Shown here piece by piece: positions 10,046-21,529 of a stretch of DNA of 64,000 nucleotides (position 1 is its first letter; each line of letters opens with the position of its first letter). The DNA comes from Mustelus asterias. Its lineage: Eukaryota. The stretch spans positions 558,001 to 622,000 of the forward strand of contig NW_027590164.1 of the NCBI RefSeq assembly GCF_964213995.1. The letters are read 5' to 3'. The notes beneath the pieces are model-generated. The model made no database searches. It saw nothing but the letters and a program-made list of their open reading frames with translations, and had not been told where the DNA came from. A program made the translations under genes and the position numbers.

Positions 10046-11251
10046 ATGGAAAGAAAAAGCACCGTTCACAGTGGAGAGACACTGTACACGTGTTCTGTGT
10101 GCGGACGAGGCTTCAGCCGATCATCTGGTCTGGCAAAACACAAATGCAGCCACTCCATGGAAAAACTGCAGAAATGTGAGGACTGTGGGAAGGAATTTAA
10201 TTACCCATCCCAGCTGGAAACTCATCAGCGCAGTCACACTGGGGAGAGACCATTCACCTGCTCTGAGTGTGGGAAGGGATTCACTCTGTCATCCCACCTA
10301 CTTACTCATCAGCGGGCTCACACTGATGAGAGACCTTTTAAATGCTCAGACTGTGGGAAGTGTTTCAAAAGTGCTGGTGAACTGATGTCCCATCAACGTG
10401 TTCACACTGATGAGAGACCATTCAGGTGCCCTTACTGTGGGACTGGGTTCAGGCATTCACATCACCTCACTGTACACCAGCGAGTTCACACTGGGGAGAG
10501 GCCATTCACCTGCTCTGAGTGTGGAAAAGGATTCACTCGGTCATCCCGCCTGCTGACACACCAGCGAGTTCACACTGGGGAGAGACCTTTTAAATGTTGT
10601 GACTGTGAGAAGTTCTACAAAAGTGCTGGTGAACTGATTTCCCATCAACGTGTTCACACCGAAAAGAAACCATTCAGGTGCTCTCACTGTGAGGCTGGGT
10701 TCAGGCGATCATATGACCTCGTTCTACACCAGCGCACCCACACTGGGGAAAGGCCATTCACCTGCTCTGAGTGTGGAAAGGGATTCACTCGGTCATCCCG
10801 CCTGCTGCAACACCAGCGAGTTCACACTGGGGAAAGGCCATTCACCTGCTCCGAGTGTGGAAAAGGATTCACTAAGTCATCCACCCTGCTGACACACCAG
10901 CGCACTCACACTGGGGAGAGACCTTTTAAATGCTCTGACTGTGCGAATTGCTATAAAAGTTCTGGTGAACTGATGTCCCATCAACGTGTTCACACTGATG
11001 AGAGACCGTTCCGGTGCTCTCACTGTGAGGCTGGGTTCAGGCGATCATCTGACCTCACTGTTCACCAGCGCACCCACACTGGGGAAAGGCCATTCACCTG
11101 CTCCGAGTGTGGGAAGGGATTCATTCAGTCTTCCAGCCTGCTGAGACACCAGCGCACTCACACCGGGGAGAGACCATTCATCTGCTCCGAGTGTGGGAAG
11201 GGATTCACTCAATCATTCCACCTGCTTAAACACCAAAGAATTCACCAGTAA
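10046..11251 (+). CDS. C2H2 zinc-finger protein, 14 fingers, no recognisable effector domain
   Basis: Uninterrupted ORF of about 401 aa from ATG 10046, with 14 CxxC-x12-HxxxH units and TGERP/TDERP linkers. Candidate acceptor tttcacag at 9941. AATAAA near 11369. Confidence 0.9.
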   Translation: MERKSTVHSGETLYTCSVCGRGFSRSSGLAKHKCSHSMEKLQKCEDCGKEFNYPSQLETHQRSHTGERPFTCSECGKGFTLSSHLLTHQRAHTDERPFKCSDCGKCFKSAGELMSHQRVHTDERPFRCPYCGTGFRHSHHLTVHQRVHTGERPFTCSECGKGFTRSSRLLTHQRVHTGERPFKCCDCEKFYKSAGELISHQRVHTEKKPFRCSHCEAGFRRSYDLVLHQRTHTGERPFTCSECGKGFTRSSRLLQHQRVHTGERPFTCSECGKGFTKSSTLLTHQRTHTGERPFKCSDCANCYKSSGELMSHQRVHTDERPFRCSHCEAGFRRSSDLTVHQRTHTGERPFTCSECGKGFIQSSSLLRHQRTHTGERPFICSECGKGFTQSFHLLKHQRIHQ

Positions 11252-12519
11252 CCACAATAATTGGAATCTACTGTTAATACTATCCAGGACTCTAATATGT
11301 TAATTGGGTTTGTTTTTGTTGATGTTAATGAATTCCAGTCAGTTATGTGGTTTAATATTCTGAAAGTCAAATAAATTATCTTTGTGTTCAGTACTGTGAA
11401 TCTTTTTAACATCATCAGCACAACTGAATTCCTTCTGAGTTGCTCTCCTTTTGTCCCTCTTCCAGCTTCACTTCCCCACAAGTGCTCATTGGGAATAAAA
11501 CTCACGATGTTCTTTGTCACTAAGCTTGAGACAATCCAATCAGCTGTCTCTACTGCTTCCCTCCTTCCCCTAACCCACTGGACCAATGTTCCCCTTTATC
11601 TGAGCTCTGAACTCTCATCTTTCTGCAGTTTCTCTCCTGCCTCCCCTCATGTCCTCTTTGAGCTCATCTTGTCCATGAGACCCATCTCTTGATCCCTCAA
11701 TCCTATTCCCACTGTACTACTGACAGCACAACTTCTCCATATCAGCTGATATTGCCAATAGCTCCCTCTCCTCCAAATCCAATATCGTCACCCACTTCTC
11801 TATAAAATATCCTTGACACATGCCCTTGTAAACTACCATCCCATCTCCCCATCCTCTCTAAAGTCCTTGAATGTTTTACCTTCCACATATTGCGAATTGT
11901 TTTCCCTTTCTCAGTGTATGGAAAAGTTTATTTTGTTTGTTCAGAATCTGTGGAATCTTGTGCCTTTATTCACTTAAGTGTCTTAAATATCCACCTTTAT
12001 CACTTTTGTACAAACTCACCCAAATCTGAAAGCAGTTTAGTGGGAATTGGGTGAACAGAACAGAAGGTGGGTCTCCTGGACACGATGAGCTGCCAAGAGG
12101 AGATGGAATGTTGCAATCCCAGCTGATGTTACTATTGGACAGGAGGGTCCAAGAATAAAACCCTGGCTCAAGTGACCATAACTTTTATCATTTTGTTTCA
12201 GAAATGTGGATGAACAGAGTCACTGAATGGCCAATTTACTTTTAACAAAAATATTTATTAAACTTGAAAAGGTTGACAATAACACAAGACTCCTTCATTC
12301 CACCCTCCTCCTGCTGCAGTGAACACACAGACACAGTGAGGGAGCTCCCTCTTGTGCTGTGAGGTCTCTATCTGGGAGATCACTGATTTCTCAGACGATG
12401 AAAGGATCTTATTGGAGAATTGTGCTGCTGTATTTTTCTTGTTGCTATTATTTTTTATTGTAATATACTTTAATGCAGATGAACCAATTCACAGACTCAA
12501 TAACAATCTCAGAAACAGC

Positions 12520-12720
12520 AACAAGAAAACTTGCAGGCACACACATTTACAGACACAGGGAAACTCACAAATACATATGTAGATATACACTATCTCAGAC
12601 AAACAGCTACAGGCAAACTGGCAGACACACACAAACACGTTCACAGATGCATGCAGACAAACAGAGACACACAGACATACACACTATCACACACACACAA
12701 ACACAGAGACAGACTGAGAC
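12520..12720. repeat. CA-rich low-complexity tract
   Basis: Degenerate (CA)n/(CAGA)n. Confidence 0.7.
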
Positions 12721-12962
12721 CATGAAGAGTTGGTGTCAATCTCACCCTAATCCACCTGCTTAAATAATAACACCTGCACTAAAATAATAACAGAAGCAAA
12801 TCTGAAGCTTGGTGTGTGGGTTTTATTGTGAATGAGCGAAAGTACAAATATATCCCCATAGCTTTGAGTTGGAGTGGAATTAATGATTTATCTGCTGCCT
12901 GCGATCGCCTTCAACAAATATTAAATTATAGAGATTATAAATTTTGAACAGTAATATCTAAT

Positions 12963-15012
12963 AAAAGAACAAAGAATAATACAGCACAGGAACAGGCCCT
13001 TCGGCCCTCCAAGCCCACGCCGCTCCCTGGTCTAAACTAGACCATTCTTTTGTATCCCTCCATTCCCACTCCATTCATGTGGCTATCGAGATAAGTCTGA
13101 AATGTTCCCAGTGTGTCCGCCTCCACCATCCTGCCTGGCATTCCAGGCCCCCACCACCCTCTGTGTAAAATACGTCCTTCTGATATCCGTGTTAAACCTC
13201 CCCCCCACCCCCCTCACCTTGAACCTATGACCCCTCGTGAATGTCACCACTGACCTGGGAAAAAGCTTCCCACTGTTCACCCGATCTATGCTTTTCATAA
13301 TTTTAGACACCTCTATTAGGTCACCCCTCATCCTCCGTCTTTCCAGTGAGAACAACCCCAGTTTACCCAATCTCTCCTCATAACTAAGCCGTTCCATACC
13401 AGGCAACATCCTGGTAAACCTCCTCTGCACTCTCTCTAAAGCCTCCACGTCCTTCTGGTAGTGTGGCGACCAGAACTGGACGCAGTATTCCAAATGCGGC
13501 CGAACCAACGTTCTATACAACTGCAACATCAGACCCCAACTTTTATACCCTATGCCCCGTCCTATAAAGTCAAGCATGCCATATGCCTTATTCACTACCT
13601 TCTCCACTTTTGACGTCACCTTCAAGGATCTGTGGACTTGCACACCTAGGTCCCTCTGCGTGTCTACACCCTTTATGGTTCTGCCAATTATCTTAGAGCT
13701 CCCCCCTACGTTAGTTCTACCAAAATGCATCACTTCGCATTTATCTGGATTGAACTCCATCTGCCATTTCTTTGCCCAAATTTCCATCCTAACTATATCC
13801 TTCTGTAGCCTCTGACAATGTTCCTCACTATCTGCAAGTCCAGCCATTTTCGTGTCATCCGCAAACTTACTGATCACCCCAGTTACACCTTCTTCCAGAT
13901 CGTTTATATAAATCACAAACAGCAGAGGTCCCAATACAGAGCCCTGCGGAACACCACTAGTCACAGGCATCAAGCCGGAAAAAGACCCTTCCACTGCCAC
14001 CCTCTGTCTTCTGTGACCAAGCCAGTTCTCCACCCATCTAGCCACCTCCCCCTTTATCCCATGAGACCCAACCTTTTGCACCAGCCTACCATGAGAGACT
14101 TTGTCAGATGCTTTACTAAAGCCCATACAGACGAAATCCACGGCCCTTCCCTCGTCAACCATTCTAGTCACCTCTTCAAAAAACTCCACCAGGTTAGTGA
14201 GGCATGACCTCCCTCTCACAAAACCATGCTGACTATCATTAATGAGTTTATTCCTTTCTAAATGCGCATACATCCTATCTCTAAGAACCCTCTCCAACAA
14301 CTTCCCCACCACGGACGTCAAGCTCACCAGCCTATAATTTCCCGGGTTATCCTTCCAACCCTTCTTAAATAACGGGACCACATTAGCTATCCTCCAAGCC
14401 TCTGGGACCCCACCTGTATCCAGTGACGAGACAAAGATTTGCGTCAGAGGCCCAGCGATTTCACCTCTCGTCTCCATGAGCAGCCTTGGATAGATTCCAT
14501 CAAGCCCTGGGGATTTGTCAGTCTTTACATTCCCTAAAAAACCTAACACTTCCTCCCTTGTAATGGAGATTTTTGCTAACGGGTCAACACTCCCCTCCGA
14601 GACACTCCCAGTCAACACATACCTCTCCTTTGTGAATACCGACGCAAAGTATTCATTTAGGATCTCCCCTACTTCTTTGGGCTCTCAGCATAATTCCCCA
14701 CTTTTGTCCCTGAGAGGTCCGATTTTTTTCCCTGACAACCCTTTTGTTCCTAACATATGAATAAAATGCCTTGTGATTCTCCTTAATCCTGTCTGCCAAG
14801 GACATTTCGTGACCCCTTTTTGCCCTTCTAATTCCTCGTTTGAGTTCTTTCCTACTTTCTTTGTATTCCTCCAGAGCTCCCTCCATTTTTAGCTGCCTGA
14901 ACCTAACGTACGCCACTCTTTTCTTTTTGATCAATCCCTCAATTTCCCTGGTTATCCACGGTTCTCGAATCCTACCCTTCCTATCCTTTTTTACAGGCAC
15001 ATGCCTATCCTG
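12963..15012 (-). mobile_element. CR1-clade (HER1-like) LINE, 5'-truncated, RT region
   Basis: ORF 13083-14618 contains PGNYRLVSLTS, QHGF, GVPQGSVLGP, KFADDTK and RPHLEYCVQFWSP. The 3'UTR and tail end near 12963. Confidence 0.93.
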
Positions 15013-15164
15013 AGAACGGAGAATGGAGTGGATGTGACAAAGGCTGGAATACAGACTGGGGAATGAGAATGAAACTGCCATGCAGAGTGAATGTTTCTTG
15101 TTGTAGGGAGGGATGGATGGAGGGAGAGAGGGATGGTAAATGGGGATGAATGTGAGAAGCTGAA

Positions 15165-15948
15165 GACTGCAAGAAACTACAAAAGGTCATGAATGTAGCC
15201 CAATCCATCACGCAAACCAGCCTCCAATCCATTGACTCTGTCTACATTTCCCACTGCCTTGGCAAAGCAGCCAGCATAAATAAGGACCCCACGCACCCCG
15301 GACATTCTTTCTTCCACCTTTTTCCATCGGGAAAAAGACACAAAAGTCTGAGGTCATGTATCAACCAACTCAAGGACAGCTTCTATCCTGCTACCATCAG
15401 ACTTTTGACTGGATGTACCTCGCAGCAAGTTGATCTTTCTCTGCACCCTCGCTATGACTTATACACCGCTGACTGTGTGGCCAAATTCCTCTCCAATTCG
15501 ATTTTCAAGTTTGCCGATGACACCACCATAGTGGGTCGGATCTCAAACAATTAAGAGACAGAGTACAAGAATGGGATAGAGAATCTGGTGAACTGGTGGG
15601 GCAACAATAATCTCTCCCTCAATGTCAACAAAATGAAGGAGACTGTCATCGATTTCAGGAAGCGTAAAGGAGAATATCCCCCTGTCTACATCAACGGGGA
15701 TGAAGTAGAAAGGGTCGAGAGCTTCAAGATTTTAGGTGTCCAGATCGGAACAACCTGTCCTGGTCCCCCATGCCAACTATAGTTAAGAAAGCCCACCAAC
15801 CCCTTTACTTTCTCAGAAGACAAAGGAAATTTGGCATGTCAGCTACAACACTCACCAACTTTTACAGATGCACCATAGAAAGCATGCTTTCTGGTTGTAT
15901 TTCAGCTTGGTATGGCTCCTGCTCTGCCCAAGATTGCAAGAAACTACT
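15165..15948 (+). mobile_element. Rex1/Babar-like LINE RT fragments
   Basis: KFADDTTIVGRISNN, LNVNKMKETVIDFRK, KKAHQPLYFLRR and DPTHPGHSFFHLFPSGKR. The 3' part (15165-15455) precedes the 5' part. Confidence 0.7.
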
Positions 15949-15951
15949 GGA

Positions 15952-16530
15952 TAAAAGCAAATTACTGCGGATGCTGGAATCTGAAACCAAGAGAAAATGC
16001 TGGAAAATCTCAGCAGGTCTGGCAGCATCTGTAAGGAGAGGAACGAGCTGATGTTTCGAATCCAGACGTCCCTTTGTCAAAGCTAAAAGGCATAGAAAGT
16101 GGGAGATATTTGTACTGCAGGGTGAGGGAGTGAAAGATGAGTCATAGCCACAGAAACCAGGGAAACCAGCTAATAGCTGTCCACAGAGAGAATAAAGGAT
16201 GTGAATGGCCAAACAGCAGAGAAGTTAAAATGAAGATTTTGGGGGTTGGATGGTGGCGGGGGGGGGGGGGGGGGGGGGGGGCGTTTGGGGTGGTGGGGGG
16301 GGGGGGGTGGGGGAAGAAAATGGATGAGACAGAGGTAGGATTTAGAAAAGGAGAAGCAAAGGGGGAGAAAAGGTAAGGGAAGGGGCATAAAGTAGGGGGA
16401 AAGAGTGAGGGGGAAGAAAAATGAAGAAAGACAAAGAAATAAAAGGTAGAAAACAGTAAAATTTAAATAAAATAGAATGAAAACAAAGTGGTCGAGGTGG
16501 GGTAGAACAAGTCACCTGAAGTTGTTAAAT
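15952..16530. mobile_element. Penelope-like family A repeat with internal poly-G
   Basis: aaagcaaattactgcggatgctggaatctgaaacc...gtttcgaatccagacgtccctttgtcaaagct, then a purine-rich body. Confidence 0.65.
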
Positions 16531-16534
16531 GATG

Positions 16535-16776
16535 ATTTGCTCTACTCCCCCCTCATCCTTCTAAACTCCAACAAGTACAGACCCAGAGTCCTCAACTGTT
16601 CCTCATACGACAAGCTCTTCATTCTAGGGATCATTCTTGTTAACTCCTCTGGACCCTTTCTAAAGCCACCACATCCTTCCTTAGATATGGGGCCCAAAAC
16701 TGCTCACAATACTCCAATTGGGGGCTGACCAGAGCCTTGTACAGCCTCAGAAGTACATCCCTGCTCTTGTATTCTA
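16535..16776 (-). mobile_element. CR1 LINE fragment
   Basis: Reverse strand encodes an LEYCEQFWAP-like C-terminal segment. Similar to 17830-18050. Confidence 0.8.
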
Positions 16777-16914
16777 TTTAAATGCTGAGATTGTGACAGG
16801 AACATTAAAAACCCATATTTACTGATCCTTCACCTGTGCATTCACATGGTTCCACTCCACTCATCTGTTCTCAGTCCAGGAAGAGGTTCAGGTGATTGTC
16901 ATCCTGAAGCAAAA

Positions 16915-17350
16915 CTAGTGAGTTCACTTCGAGGAGAGGTCATTCACCTGCTTCATGTGTGGGAAGCGATTCACTAATTCATTCACCTTGTTAACACACC
17001 AGTGGGTTCACGCTGATGGAATATCTTTTGAATGTATGGATTATACAAAGTGTTTTAAAATCTGTGGAGTTGATTTGCCATCAGCATGTTCACTCTGACA
17101 GGCACCCATCCAGAAGCTCTCACTGTGGGACTGGGTTCAGGTGATCATGTGAACTCAGTGTCCACCAGCGCATTGACTCTGAGGAGAATCGCTCACCTGC
17201 TCCATGTGTGGGGAGAGATTCACTCAGTTGTCCCACTTCAACACACATCAACTTGTTCACACTGATAAGGAACCTTTCAAAGTCCTGTTTGTGAGAAGTG
17301 AGTTAAATGCAAAATATATCTGCTGATACACAAACACATTCACACGGGTC
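16915..17350 (+). pseudogene. Degenerate C2H2 ZNF relic
   Basis: gaggagaggtcattcacctgcttcatgtgtgggaagcgattc...caccagcgcattgactctgaggag: about 5 decayed fingers with indels. Confidence 0.8.
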
Positions 17351-17579
17351 ACAGGCTGCTCGGGAACCCTCACAACATTGAACAAGCATTGAGATGAGCA
17401 CCTGAAATGCCATAGCAGACAATACTATGATTTGATTTGATTTATTATTGTCACATGTATTAGTATACAATGAAAAGTATTGTTTCTTCCACCCTATACA
17501 AAGCATACCGTTCATAGAGAAGAAAAGGAGAGAGTGCAGAATGTAGTGTTACAGTCATAGCTAGGGTATAGAGAAATAA

Positions 17580-18050
17580 TCCCTGATCCCCTTATTAATA
17601 AAGAACCTATCTATCTCTGTCTTAAAGACACTCAATAACCTGGCCTCCACAGCCTTCTGTGGTAAAGAGTTCCACAGATATACCACTCTCTGGCTGAAGA
17701 AATTCCTCACAAGGATAGTTCCTTTAGCCTGAGGTTGTGCCCTCTGGTTCTAGTTTTTCCTACTAGTGGAAATATCCTCTCCATGTCCACCCAATCCAGG
17801 CCTCACAGTATCCTGTAAGTTTCAATAAGATCCCCCCTCATCCTTCTTAACTCCGAGTACAGACCCAGAGTCCTTAACCGTTCCTCATACGACAAGCTCT
17901 TCATTCCAGGGATCATTCTTGTGAACCTCCTCTGGACCCTTTCCAAGGCCGGCGCATCCTTCCTTAGATATGGGGCCCAAAACTGCTCACAATACTCCAA
18001 ATGGGGTCTGAACAGAGCCTTTTCCAGCCTCAGAAGTATATTCCTGCTTT
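17580..18050 (-). mobile_element. CR1 LINE 3' fragment
   Basis: EYCEQFWAPYLRKD...ERVQRRFTRMIPG...RGDLIETY. Confidence 0.88.
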
Positions 18051-18103
18051 GGATTCTAATTGCCTGATTAATTAGATATCTGACTCTGTGAAAACGAGGA
18101 TAA

Positions 18104-18283
18104 ACACAGTAAGAAGTCTCACAACAACAGGTTAAAGTCCAACAAGTTTATTTGGTAGCACAAGCCACTAGCTTTCGGAGCGCTGCTCCTTCATCAGGTA
18201 AGTGGGAATTCTGTTCACAACCAGGGCACAGAGACACAAACTCAATTTACAGAATAATGGTTGGAATGAGAATCTTTACAGGT
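18104..18283 (-). mobile_element. Penelope-like family B terminal repeat with hammerhead-like core
   Basis: Minus strand CTGATGA-aggagc-agc-gctcc-GAAA (18173-18197). Homologous to 61370-61540. Confidence 0.7.
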
Positions 18284-18284
18284 C

Positions 18285-18690
18285 ACTGCGCATGTTTTAG
18301 GCCCCGCCCCTCATTCACTCTGATTGGTTGGAGGACCAGCCGCTCCCGCTCGGTCCTCCAGGCCCGCCCCCTCTTCCTATTGGTCCAGAGCTGCCGTCAA
18401 TTAGTCCCCGGGCATTGTGACGTTGGGCATGTGCAGTGCGGCTCATGTCCAGGGACAGGCGCTTGTTTGTCTGATCTTCAGGCGGGAAGGAGGCGGATAA
18501 GCGGAGGCAGCGTTAGGGGCAGTGGGTGGGAGGGGAGGCTCCACACACCCAGTGGAGGCTTCAACACCCCCAATAAGGAACTAGCGGCACCGCCTCAACA
18601 CCCAACACAACGGCAGCTGCAGCGCTTTCTCCCGGGGCCAGGCCCCAGTGGACAAATGTGGCTTCAGGAAGGAAATGCAGCAATGGGTTT
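18285..18690 (+). promoter_or_regulatory. CpG-rich promoter/5' region, inverted near-identical copy at 46785-47180
   Basis: GC boxes ccccgcccc, two ATTGG (CCAAT) boxes, NRF1-like tgcgcatg and tgacgt. Lies upstream of + strand ZNF leaders. Confidence 0.6.
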
Positions 18691-19233
18691 GTTAATGAGA
18701 ATCATCTTTCACTCACTTTACTGACCCTGGAGCAGGAGGAGAGAATGGGGGGAATTTCTCTCCTGCACTCACACTGATGGATTTTGGAACCGCCTTTTAC
18801 AGAGAGTTCAAAGGGGAGGATTTACACACAGAAAACTGAAATCTAACAAGACATCAAGATCTGAGAGAGTCACTTGATCAATCAGAACCTGGATATTACG
18901 GACCCTTGAGTGGAACCATTCAGCTCTGGGTCATTCCTATTCTCCATTGGGGTGCAGTACACCAGTAATCCAGAGGACAAGAATAATGTTCTGGGGATAA
19001 TGGTTAAAAACATACCAGGATAGCTGGTGGAATTTAAATTCAGTTAATAATCTAGAATTCAATGCGAGTCTCAGTATTGGTAACTGTGAAGCCATTGTGA
19101 TGAGTTGAGGGAAAATGCGTGGAATTGGAATTTGCAGCTTTGGGAAACAAGAGAGAAATAAGTATTCCCCACGAACTAGAATTATCTGTTCTGAATTTGT
19201 GTCCTGGACTGACCTGTATGAACTGGATTTTCA

Positions 19234-19432
19234 GAGTTACAAGTAGAGGACTAACAGACAGGAAACTCAAATCAAGCATCACTTCAAGATCTGACAATGA
19301 CTCAATTCATCAGGATCTGAATACCATCGGCTTCTGAATGTGGAGGGAGAAATGTTTGTGTGTTCTGTCTGTGGGAAAAAAAATCAAACATCAGCGTAAG
19401 TGGAAAAGCATCAATCCCTCCCCCCCCCCCAC

Positions 19433-19476
<44 letters not shown>

Positions 19477-19845
19477 GTTCCAGTGCAGGGACTGTGGGAA
19501 ATAATTCAATTACCCATTGTGTGGAAATTCATCGACGCACTCACACTGGGGAAAGACTGTTCACCTGCACCATGTGTGGGATGGGATTTTCTCATTTATC
19601 CAATCTGTAGACACCAGCGTAGTCACACCAATGTGAGATCTTTAAATTTTATAACTATGAGAATAGCTTTGAAAGCAACAATATCCTGCAGGAACACCAG
19701 CGCACTCATGCTGGAGTGAAGCCATTCACGTGCCCTATGTGTGGGAAAAGATTCATTCATTAACCAGTGAGTTCTTAATGGTGAGAGACCATTCGTGTGC
19801 CCTGTACATGGGAAAGGGTGTACTCAGTCATCTCATGTGTAAAGT
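19234..19845 (+). pseudogene. Degenerate ZNF unit (leader plus about 4 decayed fingers)
   Basis: Acceptor/leader module, [19 protein letters not shown], stops and indels. Confidence 0.75.
19436..19474. repeat. (CA)n microsatellite
   Basis: About 19 CA units, expanded from the acacacac motif present in paralogous ZNF leaders. Confidence 0.95.
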
Positions 19846-20290
19846 TTAAAGTTGATCTATTCGTCACAAGTAAGGCTTACATTAACATTGCAATGGAGTT
19901 ACTGTGAAATCTGAGACACTAGTTAGAGCACAGGTGACTGTAGATATTTTACTGGGGATTAGAAGGAAAGGATTTGCAGACAGGAAATTATCTGCTGATT
20001 TTACAGTCACTTAATTCATCAGGACTTGAATTTGAATGTGGAAGGAGAGATGTTTGTTCTGTCTGTTTGAAAAGATTTCGAACATCAGTGTGACTGGAAA
20101 AGCACCGAGACACACACACACCCGAGTGAGAGTGTTCCAGTGAACTGACTGTGGAAAGAGCTTTAACCACTTACACAGCCTGAAAAAACATCACATCATT
20201 CGCAGCGAGGAGAAACCATACACGTGTTCTGTGTGTGGATGAGGCTTCAACTGATTATCCAACCTGGAGAGACACAAGGACACCTGCACC

Positions 20291-21131
20291 ATGGAGAAAC
20301 TGTTGAAATGTGGGGACTGTGGAAAGGGATTCAGTTACCCTTCTGAACTGGAAACTCATCAACGCAGTCACACTGGAGAGAGGCCGTTCACTTGTTCTGA
20401 ATGTGGGAAAGGATTCACTCGACTAACCCACCTCACTGCACACCAACTTATTCACATTGACATGAGACCTTTTAAATGTTCTGACTGTGAGAAGAGTTTT
20501 AAAACCAAATACAATCTTTCGACACACCATCGAGTTCACACTGGGGAGAGGTGGTTCACCTGTGCTGAGTGTGGGAAGGGATTCACTCAGTTATCCAGCC
20601 GGCATTCACACCGGCGAGTTCACACTGGAGAGAAACCATTCACCTGTCCTGAGTGCGGGACGGCATTCGCTCAGTTATGCAAAATGTTGGATCACCAGCG
20701 AGTTCACGCTGGGGAGAGGCCATTCACCTGCTGTGTGTGGGAAGGGATTCACTCAGTCATCCACCTTGCTGAGACACAAGCGCATTCACACTGGTGTGAG
20801 ACCATTCACCTGCTCCGAGTGTGGGAAGGGATTCACCCAGTCTGCCCAACTCACTTCACACCAACGTGTTCACTCTGACACGAGACCTTTTAAATGTTCA
20901 GACTGTGAGAAGAGCTTCAAAGGCAAAATGGATCTGCTGATTCACCAGCGAGTTCACACTGGAGAGAGACCGTTTATCTGCTGTGTGTGTGGGAAGCGAT
21001 TCACTCAGCATTCCCTCCGGCTGAAACACCAGCACAGTCACACCAGGGAGACATTATTCATCTGCTCAGTGTGTGGGAAAGGATTCACCCGTGCGAACAC
21101 CCTGCAGAAACACCAGCGAGTTCACAAATGA
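20291..21131 (+). pseudogene. 10-finger C2H2 ZNF with one 2-bp frameshift (pseudogene or sequence error)
   Basis: ORF 20291-20878 holds fingers 1-5 and ORF ending 21131 holds fingers 6-10. One TG unit is missing at 20729-20741 (tgctgtgtgtggg). Confidence 0.85.
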
Positions 21132-21529
21132 TTACAGGAGTTGGTTTCTGCTTTTATTGCTGCTGTTAATCACAAGACTGAACCATGCTCATTCTGACAG
21201 TTAGAGGTTGTTTCGGTTGAAGTTGAAGTTAATAATCCTTGTAACTACACTGGAGTTTAAGATTCTGAGTATAGATTAAATCAACTTTGTGTCAATCACA
21301 CATGTTTGCGTCCTTGATTTCTCGAGGGTAAGAGGAGACTGATTACCGACTGTTCCATTGTTGGTTCTTTTCTGATACGTTTTGGAAGATGTGGCAAACG
21401 AAAGAGTAAGGAATGAGAGAAAGGTAAGAATTTGGGAAATGATAAACAGACTGTGACAGGAAGATAATGAAAGAGCAAATTATAGATTACATCAGTAGAT
21501 GTGGTTAGACGCTACAAAAATATTAAAGG

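Noticed and set aside
13083-14618. Active or domesticated reverse transcriptase gene
   Set aside because: 5'-truncated with no endonuclease, frameshifts at both ends and substitutions in conserved motifs, so an ordinary young CR1 copy.
18152-18724. 190-aa ORF and its inverted counterpart 46777-47172
   Set aside because: Non-ATG start, begins in a Penelope repeat and crosses a GC-rich promoter. The similarity reflects DNA duplication.
20252-20254. Selenocysteine recoding of the conserved TGA
   Set aside because: The position aligns with Arg (CGA) in an intact paralogue, not Cys, and no SECIS was recognised.
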